From assembly GCA_023920165.1 (NCBI GenBank), contig CP089276.1, positions 1,736,001-1,800,000 on the forward strand: a DNA stretch of 64,000 bases. Reading direction: 5' to 3'. This stretch comes from Curvularia clavata (Eukaryota). Position numbers and translations under genes: made by a program. The notes under the pieces are model-generated. The model was not told where the DNA came from and did not search any database. It was given only the letters and a program-made list of their open reading frames with translations. Each line of letters begins with the position of its first letter. Within the stretch, counting starts at the first letter, position 1. Below, in pieces: positions 1 through 11,273 of this stretch.

Positions 1-160
1 GTGGAATAACCCCCATCTCGACTTTTTATCCCTCTGTCAACGCGGCACAACGCCCTAACTTGCATCCGCCCTACTCCGAGAGCCTCGCGGCGATACACAA
101 AGGCTCATACGCCTCGACTACTGCCTGGACGAGCGCGAACGGCGCTGCGACTCCGTCATC

Positions 161-1866
161 ATGGGGCTCTCCAAATCCACGCGGATTATGATACTCTTGG
201 GCATTGACACGGCCTTTTTCTTCGTAGAGTTGATCGCAGGATATGCGGTCCATTCCCTGGCTCTCGTTGCCGACTCGTTCCACATGGTGTGTATATCTAG
301 CGACGCGCAACAGGACGGATACTGACAGTAAGCACAGCTGAACGATGTCATTTCACTCCTTGTCGGACTGTGGGCAGTCAAGGTCGCCAGCCAGAAGACC
401 AACTCGAAGACTTACACATACGGAGTGAGTTCATGCCGTCGTTCCTGCGCGGCACACCTGCTAACCACACACAGTGGCAACGCGCCGAAACCCTGGGCGC
501 CTTGATCAATGGCGTCTTCCTTGTCGCGCTGTGTCTGTCTATCTTTTTAGAAGCGATCCAGCGCTTTGTCGAACCCCAAGACGTCTCACATCCCAAGATT
601 ATTCTCATCGTCGGTTCCTGCGGTCTCCTTTCCAACATTATCGGTCTTTTCCTGTTTCACGACCACGGTCATGGCCACGGCGGCCACTCGCACTCGCACG
701 ACGCACACTCACATGCTGAGGAGGGACATTCTCATAGCGCGCATTCCCACGACCATGATATCGCGGACGAGAGCGGCAATGTGGCTGATGTGCTGCCCCA
801 GAACCGCGTTGCATTCCCTAGCAACCTGACACAAAGCTCTGCAAACTCAAATGGCATCAACGTCTCCTCCAGTGCCGACAGGCGCCGCTCCTCTGTGTCT
901 GGAAAGAAGAAGCGTCACAGCCGATCCCAGTCGCGCAACTATGCAACTTTGGACGAAATCTACGTACACCCTTCATCCTTTAGAAACAGCATCATCGAGT
1001 CTTCTCGGTTGCGCGATGAAGAAGCTGATGATGAAGATGACAACTTGGAAGTAGAGGAGGAGCCGACTGAACAGACTTCGTTGCTTTCCAAGCCCAAGAA
1101 GAACAGATCACACGACCACTCACACGCAAACGGCAAATCCAAGGAAAACCAGCACAAGGACCATAAGCACACTAAGCCCAAACAGCAATCTTCTGGTGGG
1201 GGCCACGGCCACTCCCACGGCGACCTCAACATGCGCGGTGTCTTTCTGCATGTCATGGGCGATGCTCTGGGCAACATTGGTGTGATTGCGACTGCTCTCT
1301 TCATTTGGCTTACCGATTTCTCGTGGAGGATGTACGCTGACCCGGCTGTCTCTCTGCTGATTACCGTGATCATTCTGCTTTCTGCTCTGCCACTCTGCAA
1401 GGCCGCTTCTCGCATCCTGCTGCAGGCGGTTCCTGAGAACATGTCTATTGACGACATCACGGACGACATTAGCGATCTTGACGGTATCATCTCGTGCCAC
1501 CATCTGCACGTCTGGCAGCTTTCCGACACCAAGCTCGTTGCCTCTCTTCACGTTCAGGTCGACTTTGACTTCAAGGGCGAGGGCTCTGCGCGCTACATGG
1601 AGCTTGCCCGCCAGATCCGCGAATGTCTGCACGAGTATGGCATTCACTCGTCGACTATCCAGCCTGAATTCTGCCTCGACTCGAACCATGACCATTCGGG
1701 ACATGGTTCAGATGACAGCGGTGCCGAAGATGCTGGACGTAGCAACAGCAAAAACCCGAGTGTGCGAGGCGGACCCGATGCCTGCCTGCTGGAATGCCCT
1801 GACAGCTGTGGAGGCGGCAAGCAATGCTGTGACCCGGGTACCACCGGACCTAACAGCTGCTCATAA
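161..1866 (+). CDS. ZRC1: Cation diffusion facilitator (CDF) zinc/cobalt transporter, ZRC1/COT1-like
   Basis: ATG at 161 (MGLSKSTRIMILLGIDTAFFFVELIAG...ALVADSFHM); introns 287-337 and 425-474; CDF motifs 'DSFHMLND', 'YTYGWQRAE', a His-rich loop, 'NMRGVFLHVMGDALG' and 'HHLHVWQL'. Confidence 0.93.
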
Positions 1867-3837
1867 ACACGCGGGGCGTAGTCTTTTTCCTTTGTATTAC
1901 ATTCCTGGGCACCGACTGTATTATATGTTTCTGTGTTTGCGGCAGCCCAGGCCTCTCGTTGTGTCATTATATTCGTTGTTATTAGTGGAGCGAGTTTCCC
2001 ATGAATCAGAGGAATCATGGTCGTCCAAGTGTATCGTTATCAGCCTTTTTGTACTCGATGAAGAGGGGCTTCTAAAAATAGGGCTAGTCAGTGTGTAGTA
2101 ATGAGCCGGTTGATACACCTATTCTGCCTATACAAGTCCTACCTGTGACTACTATAGGTACTGTTCACCCAACTTAGCCGCGCTCCGCGCACTCCGCAAC
2201 AGTGCCGTTCAGGAATGTGTGTGCTGTGTGGGACCGGGGCAAAGTGCCATCTGCGAGACGGGACCGAGATGGCCACCCCAAGCGGGCAGCATCTCCACAG
2301 GCCTGAAGCGAAGCGGTGGACCAAGCCAATACGGCGGAGCCAAATGTGGGCATCAGAAATACGCGATATCCACGTTGGTGGTCAGACGTGGGCCACCATC
2401 ACGACCGCCGAAGCCCACCACCTACTGATAAGCGCATTCGTTCTGACAGGCCTTCTGGAATGCGGCAAACGGCCAGGGCAGAGGGGGCTTCTGGCGGATA
2501 GCACAGGTGGTTCGGTGAGGGTAAGGTCGGGATTAAGACGGGCATTGCGCTTAGTACAGGGTGGCGACGCCACTGACAGGGCGGCTGCAGGGAAAAAAAG
2601 CTTCGAGTGCGCCTTCTTTCTTGGGAAAATTGGCGTTCTTGGACGGTACAAGCGAGCACGGAGAGCCATGGCATTTGCTTGTCTATGTAATTTGTCGCTG
2701 GAGGCCCGACGCCGCAGGGCGTAACGACAAGACCACCACCCACGCTTTTGTCTCGCCTGATCCTCGGTCATTGCGCTTCATCGGCTGGTACTGGCGGTTA
2801 CTCATCTCTCGTGGCGACAGGACCCCCCGTTGGATCGTCAGGCAAGCCAGCCAGTCTGGGATTGGTCGTGTGCGAGTACAGAGCGGCAGCTCCACAACGG
2901 GTGAGACGTCTGGCTGGCCACCGCCCGCGCCGTCGAGTGTGAGAAGCTTATCTCTCGGTGTCGCCCGAGAACCAAATCTCAAAAGACCGAGGCCCTTGGA
3001 ATTCGGTCCCCCCCTAATACCGGAGAGAAGAATGCGAGTGTCATGGCTGTCGCCCGCAATCGGCGTCGTTGTGGGTCGGAATAGCAAATTTTCTCATACG
3101 GCATGTCATCTAGACGGCGACAGAGTCGGGGGCCACCGCAGCGCCGTGGCCTGGCTGCTGAGAGCGTGAAACAGAGGGCTGGGAAGAGGTTTGCCGCTTG
3201 GGTTTCCAATATGCGTGTACAAGATATCAATACGGCGCAGTGTCGTATGCGGCGTCCCCCCGGCATGTGCTGACGGACGCATGCCGCTAACATGGCTGCA
3301 TTGCATGCCGACCGAACCGACGAACCAAAGACAGCGCAATTGCATTCCCTCGATAATACCCGGCACTCCGGCACGCCCTGAGACGCTGCAGTATGGAAGC
3401 CGCCTGTTGGTGTCGAACAAAGACGAACGTAAGATCGCCCGACTGAATGGCCGCTTTCGGCAGGTGCTTGTATGCTCGCTGGTAACGGGCGAATCGCTAT
3501 TACACACGCCGAGCAGACGACGGAGCAGCTAAGCCGCCAAGGGAAGGCTTTGGCAGGCTTTGCACCGGAGCAATGCATCTATCTGGTTAAGGTTGGAGCT
3601 ATCAAGACGTTACATCGGTCTTAGCAAATTGCTTGTGCGTGGTTGCGACCCACACAGCGACGCTCTGAGGCGAACAACGACCCGACTGGTTCGACGCGAC
3701 TCTGTGGATATCGCGCATACTGAACGAGGGGGTGGGTTAAATATGGAGGGACTGTCGTTCTCCTCGACACGCTCCAGGTGTTACCGGTCTCTCTCTTTCC
3801 AGGTCACACTTGTCGCTCTCCACTGAGCCCTGCAGCT

Positions 3838-5780
3838 ATGGCGTCTGCCCACGAGACCACTGCGTGAGTTGGATCGCAAATCTTTTCTTCTTTGACTCGA
3901 CTAACACCACCACAGCGCCGAGGCACTCCAGCACAACCAAGAGGTTGCCGACCACAACCCTCACGTCTACGGTGCCACCATCAACGACAGCAATGTTGCC
4001 GGCGCGCACGTCTCGCTCGAGAAGCCCCACGCCACTGGCTCTGCCTCTGACGAGGCCTCTGTCATTGTCGAGGAGGAAGGCGTCAGTGGTGTCAAGCCCA
4101 CCGCCGAGGAGCTAGCCACCCTCCGCAAGGTTGGAGAGCCTCTCCCCAAGAGCGCTTTCCTCGTCGCCATTGTCGAACTCTGTGAGCGTTTCACCTACTA
4201 TGGCGCCTCGGGTATCTTCCAAAACTACATTGCCCGCCCCCGCAGCGGAGAGCTCGGCCGCGGTGCTCTGGGAATGGGTCACCAGGGAGCCACTGGTCTC
4301 TCTACTTTCTTCCAGTTCTGGTGCTACGTGACTCCCATTCTCGGAGCTGTCATCGCCGACCAGTACCTCGGAAAGTACAACACCATCGTCATCTTCTGCT
4401 GCGTCTACATTGTCGGTCTTCTCATCCTTACTTGCACCTCAATCCCGGCTGCTCTTGACCACGGTGCTGGCCTTGGTGGCTTCATTGTTTCCCTGATTGT
4501 CATTGGTCTGGGAACCGGAGGTATCAAGTCCAACGTTGCGCCTTTGATTGCCGATCAGTACAAGCGCAGACAGATGGTCATTGGCCGCGATGACAAGACT
4601 GGCGAGCGCGTCATTATCGATCCTGCCATTACCATTCAGCGCATCTACATGGTAAGATTTCGCCCGTGCATATCGCCCTGAACTATGCTAACTGTCTCAG
4701 ATCTTCTACTGGTGCATCAATGCCGGATCTCTCTCCCTGCTCGCCACGCCCTACATGGAGCGCGACATTGACTTCTGGCCTGCATACCTGCTGTGTCTCT
4801 GCGTCTTCTTCATTGGTCTTCTTGTCCTGGTTCTCGGCCGCAAGGTCTACGTTGTCCGCCCTCCTCAGGGCTCCGTCATCACGGATGCATTCCGCGTCAT
4901 CTTCATGATGATCAAGAACCGCAACATGGACGCTCCCAAGCCTTCCTTCCAGGCCGGTCTTGGCAAGGACTCGAACCTCCGCTGGAACGACAAATTTGTC
5001 GAGGAAGTCAAGCGTGCCTTGATTGCTTGCCAGGTCTTTGCCTTTTACCCCATCTACTGGGTCATCTACGGTAACTTCTCCAACAACTTCGTCACCCAGG
5101 CCGGTCAGATGCGCGGCCATGGCATCCCCAACGACTTGATGCAGAACTTCGATCCCATCTCCATCATTGTCTTCCTTCCTCTCGTTGACCAGGTCCTCAT
5201 GCCTTTCCTCCGCAAGCACAAGATTCGTTTCCCTCCCATCAACCGTATCGTTACTGGTTTCTGGGTTGCTGCTCTTGCCATGGTCTACGCCTGCGTTATC
5301 CAGTACTACATCTACCAGAGCGGCCCTTGCTACGGCAAACCTACTGCTTGCGACGCCGATCTCGTAGATGGCGTTCACCAGGGAAACAACATCCACATCG
5401 CCGCACAGACTGGCGCCTACATGCTCATTGGTATTTCCGAGATCTTTGCCTCCGTCACTGGTCTTGAGTACGCCTACACCAAGGCACCACCTAGCATGAA
5501 GTCGTTTGTCCAGTCCATGTACCTTCTCACCAACGCCTTCGGTTCTGCCATCTCTGAGGCGCTGAACCCGCTTCTCTACGACCCCGCCATCATGTGGATG
5601 TTTGCTGGTCTTGCTATCGCATCCACCGTTGCCGGTGCCTTGATCTGGATCCTCTTCCACCACCTGAACGACACCGAAGACGAGATGAACCAGCTTGACG
5701 AGGACGTCGACAAGGACCCTACCATGAGGAGGAGCAGCGTCAACGGCCAGCACGTTGTCGAGCTCGATGAAAAGGCTTAG
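3838..5780 (+). CDS. PTR2: POT/PTR2 family di-/tripeptide transporter
   Basis: ATG at 3838; introns ~3864-3915 and ~4652-4701; ExxERFxYYG signature (VELCERFTYYG), 'GTGGIKSNV', 'GLEYAYTKAPPSMKS'. Confidence 0.93.
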
Positions 5781-6671
5781 ATGAATGGATGTTTGATGTA
5801 CGGGGTGTAATGTTTGCATGACGATAATATGCTGTGTTTTATTACCAGCCATGATACCAGAAGAATATCAATCTTTTCACTTCAAAAATGTCCACTGCAG
5901 TGCATCATGTGAAGTCAACATAGAGTGTCGATGACATTCCGACAGGCGGGAAGAGTGGAGTAAGCCGGGATGCTAGCCTTGCCACCCGCACATTGCTTGC
6001 TACTCGGGGTCGCATACAAGGGCAACCTGTTCTTCTGTACTCGGCTCCTCGTCTCAGTTGCAGCTCAACGCGCGCCTCTGGACAACGTTACGTGCGATGT
6101 CTTTGTCCGAGTTCGAGGTACAAATATAGCACAATTTGATGACGCGGGACTAGCGTGGGCTAAAGGCCGTAATCGATAAACAGCATTCAAGCTAACCTCA
6201 TCATGGCAGCCGTTCTTCTTGATCCTCTCGAGTCTCAGCTCCGCTGTTCCACGAGCCCTCGTCCTCATATTGGCCAGCCCTGGGCGCTCGTTCCCTCAGG
6301 CGCAAACCTGCTTCGTATTATTCCGCTCCAAATACCCAATTGCGGTGCTTACTCAAGGCTCGATGGCCGTTTTGGGGTGAGTTAGCCACCAATCTGGACA
6401 AGGCGATACGAGGCGCTCGTACCCCCCAGGTTAGGCCCCTTTTCGGCCCATCTCCCCCTCCCTGCTTCCCCTCGCCATATAACGTCTTTTGGCCGACTTC
6501 TATTACACGCCACACCCCAGTCCGCAAACATACACATTCGCTTCCTTCATACGCTCGCTTCCTAATACCCATCAAACAAAACAACCAACCTCCGACAAAA
6601 CGCGCGGGTGCGACTCGAACAAAACAAATTTAATTCAATAATAACATTCGGAACATCGCAACATCACAACA

Positions 6672-7313
6672 ATGACTACCACAACCTTCCCATACACCTA
6701 CACCACCTTCACCAACACCTCCCCCACCCCCTTTACCACCCCTAGTGCTGCCCCCTCCGTCTTCCCCTGGGGCCCCGTCCCCTCGTTTGCATGCAGCGCT
6801 CCCTCGAGCGCTCCCTCGGATGCTCCCCTGGCCCTTCCCTCCAACACAGCCGGCAGCTGCGCCATCAGCAACGTGGAAAACGTCAACACCCACGCCTTCT
6901 GGGACATGTACGAATGCTGCAAGAGCGGCAAAATAAGTACCGTCGGCACCCCGCTGCCTTGTTCCGCGGTTTGTTATACCGATGACGAGCAGAGTTTCCT
7001 GGAGCTGGGCGAGTGTTTGAGCAAGAGGGTCAAGATGGTCGTGTGCAGTCCACCCGAGGGGCAGAGGGGTGAGGCGAAGAGTGAGGATTCTTCTAGTGCG
7101 ACTAAGAGTACTGGGGGTTCTAGCAGTACGGCTGCGTCAAAGACGGCAGAGGTCTCGAGGATTACCGGAACGAGTTCGCCTACGCCTACGCCCACGCCTA
7201 CGCAGGCGTCGAGCAAGGCGAGTAAGCTTGCTGGACAGGGTGCCGTGTCCAAGGCGGGGCTGATCGCGTTTGGGGTTTTGGCAATCACGTCGGTGGTGGG
7301 TGTGTTGGTCTAG
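6672..7313 (+). CDS. Ser/Thr-rich, Cys-containing putative cell-surface protein with a GPI-like hydrophobic C-terminus
   Basis: Single 213-aa ORF in an ACAATG context; central block with 7 Cys, a S/T/P linker and the C-terminal hydrophobic tail AGLIAFGVLAITSVVGVLV; no obvious N-terminal signal peptide. Confidence 0.7.
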   Translation: MTTTTFPYTYTTFTNTSPTPFTTPSAAPSVFPWGPVPSFACSAPSSAPSDAPLALPSNTAGSCAISNVENVNTHAFWDMYECCKSGKISTVGTPLPCSAVCYTDDEQSFLELGECLSKRVKMVVCSPPEGQRGEAKSEDSSSATKSTGGSSSTAASKTAEVSRITGTSSPTPTPTPTQASSKASKLAGQGAVSKAGLIAFGVLAITSVVGVLV

Positions 7314-7670
7314 TTGAGGAGGACTGGATAGTTGGTTAGGTAAATTTAATATCAGTGCTGTTGGTGTAGATTTCTGACATATGCTTCTACGTTAGGTACG
7401 TTGTGAAGGTGTTAGAATGTTCTCTTACTGATGAGAGATGAGAGTGTGACGACATTGGGATTTGGTGGCGCGGCAAGCGATGCCGGAGTATGAGTGAGAA
7501 ACGCATAGTATTTCTAGTGTCCATGTACATTTCTGAGAACAACGAATACCACCAACAAGAGAGAAACCAGCCCTGTTATGTAGAAAGTCCAACCGCTGGC
7601 TTCTGCACCTTCGTCCACCACTTCCTCCGCATTTGTTAAGATCCTGAACATGTCCTTGCGCATGGGGGGA

Positions 7671-8378
7671 TTAGTAAAGTGGAAGGCCTGCATCAAACTC
7701 GTGCAGGTCGTTCAAGTACCCACGAGTTACTACTAGACTGGTGAACATATCTTTGAGTTCATTAATTTCATGGCCTATGAACGCGGCGATCGTCATCAAT
7801 ACGTTCTCTGCCATGATAGACGCTTGCGTGGCGCTGTATATATTCACAATGTGACATCGCAGTATTACAACCTCGAATGTTTCTTTAAAGCGAACAAACC
7901 TTCCGTAGGACTGGCTTTATACGGGGAACATGACCGGCGAATGTGGCGGAAATAAATTGTAGCAAGACTGATATAGGTTCAACCTGTTGTCCATGTCGCG
8001 CTCCATGGTTACATTGGTGTCGGGCTGTTGAGCGTGACAGTCAATACTGAAACCACCGAACAATATTCTCGATGCGGCTTCTCCGTATTGTGGGAATGAG
8101 CCGATATGTTGCTTAAGAAAACCAGCGCAAGGCAACGGTAGCCTCTCAGTGTGGACCGGGATATCGCATGTAGGAGTTAGGTTGATGAAAAGACGGGCAG
8201 TGACCGGCATAAAAAATATATTTCTAAATTGGATAAGGCTGCGAATCAAATTGCTGAGCAAGTATATGAAGCGTGATGGGAAAGATGCTGCTTTGGCGGA
8301 CACTAAGTTTATATGCAACCAAGGTGCGCAGCTTTCACTCATGCATTGCCATCGCTGATAGTTCATAGCAGGACTCAT
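7671..8378 (-). pseudogene. Possible degenerate orphan ORF interrupted by an in-frame TAA
   Basis: The 153-aa ORF ending at TAA 7917-7919 continues in frame for 81 more sense codons (SQSYGRFVRFKETFEVVILRCH...) to TAA at 7671; no family recognised. Confidence 0.25.
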
Positions 8379-8860
8379 CTTTCACTGAGGACACAATTCT
8401 AATGCCATATCGAAGAATCATGATCCTGCCTAGAAAACGCATTTTCGTTAGCCTAATAGAACCAGGTGGATTAAGAAGAACGTACTAAAACAGAAGAAAG
8501 CAGCGAGGCTTTTATCATCAACATTCCTTCCATTTCAACTCATTGAATGACAGAATGTACAATATCACATGAGATAACTATCCTATCTTCTTACTTCCTA
8601 TTTCAATACTCCTCTCCTTGTCAGCCCGCCATGGTTCGCCACTGTCACTGCCTCATCACAGGCGGTGACGACTGCGCACCCCCTCCTTAAGCAAACGCCC
8701 GACCCAGACATTTCGTTTGCCGCCACTCTCACTAATGGTGATCAATTGTATGGTTTTATTATCTATTGGGCTTAGTCAGCCTGTGCGTTTGCACGCTGTT
8801 ATATAAATTTTGCTGCCGACACTGGCGCTTTTTCCACCACAAAACAAAACGCTCAACAAG

Positions 8861-10324
8861 ATGGGTGGAACACCGCATCTACTGAGATTCGACCAAGCTT
8901 ACGAGACCACGCCCAGAGTTGGGCTGGGTAAGTATCCTTATTTACTTTCTATCAAGCGATACTAATGCAAGCATAGATGGACTTCGGTTCCCGTTGGAGA
9001 GGTATCTCCCGCCAGATAATTGCATCAATATTGATGATGAAATCAAGATGCACGCAGCATTCGAAAAGATGGCTAGGAAGTCTAGCAACCTGGGGTCATG
9101 TTTCCGTTGCGGAAAAGGATCCAATCAGCATCCTAGAGGCCCATGTGGCTGTCAGTGGTGCGGCGGCAATGTCGATGGCGGTCACCCTGATAGAGTAAGT
9201 GTTTTCTCTCCAAGGGTTCTCAGTATTGGCACTAACTTCAATTGTAGGAGTGTCCGTGGATCTATGCCACTGCGTACACTTGGAGAGAAAAGCTCTCACT
9301 TTGGGATCCCTCTACCCGCCGCGTTAGAAGTGGTATTGTACCAGTTAACGTACAGATCAAGCCCACGAAGGCAGAGCAAAGTATACTTGCGAATATCGAC
9401 TCGAGATTTCGAGATTTCCCTTATGCCCGTGAGGGCCACGATCTAAAGATACCCGATGGGGTTTGTATGAGGAGGCCGTGGCGCCCGCTACCGCCCCTCG
9501 ATCCTCAATCAGGACCTTCTAGGCCTCGGAAGCGTCCACGCAACGAAGACGCAGAAAGCGCACAACTAGACAGACCCACGCCCCAACCGGAAGACTTGTC
9601 CTCTAAATGTGAGGCACTGCAGTCCCAAATCTTTGTGCTGGTTAGGGAAATGGAAGACATAAAGAGGACTCTGCAACAACATCTGAGTCGCTGTCCAGCT
9701 GGATACTCTGCTGGCCCAAACAACGACGGGAGATCCTCTGTTCATGGCAACCCTGCCTACAGTGGGTTTGACCGGGGATGCAATAGGCATCATGGCTCAG
9801 TCATGGCATCAGAATATGCTCCATCGCAACCAGGGTATATCGCATCCCATCAAGGGCAGACTGCATATCAGCCACTGAATTTGCCAGCTCATCAGGGGCA
9901 GACGGCAACCTATCCAGCGTCAACCACATACCAGCCGGCGCAGTCAATGATAGCCCATCAGGGGCATGGTCCACCTCAGGCGGCGTTGGCCGCACCGCAT
10001 ACTGCACATCAACCAGTGCATATGACGGCCCATCAGGGGCAGACTGCACCCCAGACAGCGTGGGTGAGGCCCCATTTGGGCCAGATGGCATCCTATTCCG
10101 GCCAGGTAACGCCCTATGTAGGGCAGACGACAGCCCATCGAGGGCAGATGACAGTTCATCAGGGGCATGAAACCCCCCAGCTCGCACCGACTGCACGCCG
10201 GCCAGCACTGACTGTCGAAGCAGACCGTATAGCACGGGATAGCCCTGCTGGAGAGTATACAGATAGGGACATCGACGAATTGATTGACGATGGACGTTCG
10301 TTCTGGAGAGAACGGGTACCCTAG
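8861..10324 (+). CDS. Orphan ~453-aa protein with two tandem CCHC-like zinc knuckles, a short coiled coil and AHQGQT repeats
   Basis: Exons 8861-8927, 8977-9194 and 9248-10324 (GTAAGT donors, CTAAT/CTAAC branch points, TAG acceptors) splice into one uninterrupted frame: ...CFRCGKGSNQHPRGPC-G-CQWCGGNVDGGHPDR|EC...; basic RPRKRPR stretch. Confidence 0.75.
9840..10170 (+). repeat. Degenerate coding minisatellite (consensus ~GCCCATCAGGGGCAGAC; AHQGQT/AHQGH peptide repeats)
   Basis: Repeated catcaggggca / catcaagggca / catcgagggca units inside exon 3 of the 8861 gene. Confidence 0.75.
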
Positions 10325-11273
10325 TCGCCCATAGACTTGGGCGAGGAGTTTCGGTTCAGCGTGACCAAGCGCGAGGTTCTCAAGGGTAAGGGCCTGGTTG
10401 GATTCGCTTTACGGTTCCGTTTCGTACTTCTCGCAAAAGACGAAGTACCTTGTCAGCAAACCGGGGCAGGGGGTAGGGAAATGAAGGTATTCGGCTTAAA
10501 AGTTGACCCCCTGCACCGGTTTGGTTTATTGTAAACGGAACCGGCATCGAAGCTGCGAATCCAAACAGGCCCTGATGATACCCTTGAGTCAAGTACATAT
10601 CGTTTGAGCATAGTGCAAAATCCTATCTATGCTGCCTACATACTGACTACTGCTGTGACTGGGATTTGTGTAGCTGTCTACGTGATGACTAACACTCCAC
10701 CATGCAAGCAATAGTAGCGCGTAGCTCACGTAGCTGTCCTGCACTACTACCGTTACTCAACACCATCTGTTTTTCCTTAGGCAGGTTGTAACAGCTGTAG
10801 TTGCTTAAGATTACTTTGATCGCCTGATGCCTCGATCCTTTTGCTGAAACATGTGGTTCTGTAGTTGACCCAGCCTACTTTGGTCATTTAACACCTCAGT
10901 CCTTTTATTGAGATAAGATAAGATCGCTGTAGTTGCCACGGGCTACTCTACTAGTCACTTTATACCTCAGAGCAGGCAACTCGTGTGAAGATGGAGCGCG
11001 TCGCGATGTGTGGCAGTCGATGTTCAGACAATGCAAGTCTCCCTTGTCAAGAAATATAGAACGCCTGCTGTGCTTGTCGTGGTGGTGCGACGGCCTAGTT
11101 TTTCGGATGAGGTGAGGTGCTGCGTTGTCTGAACATCATCAACCACCAGAATCGACACTTTCCCAATCGGGTAATTTGGACGTCTTGGCAAAGTTTATAC
11201 ATTTAGAAGAAATGCATCCGCCCTATTTACCAATATAGTAATGCACCAAATCATATTAAATATCACTAGAACA

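Noticed and set aside
2139..3830. Many overlapping 60-200 aa ORFs between the zinc transporter and PTR2
   Set aside because: No recognisable motifs, codon bias or splice pattern; consistent with GC-rich promoter DNA.
4683..5852. 389-aa antisense ORF (and similar shadow ORFs over MMSDH, calnexin and RPP2)
   Set aside because: Mirror frames produced by strong codon bias in highly expressed genes.
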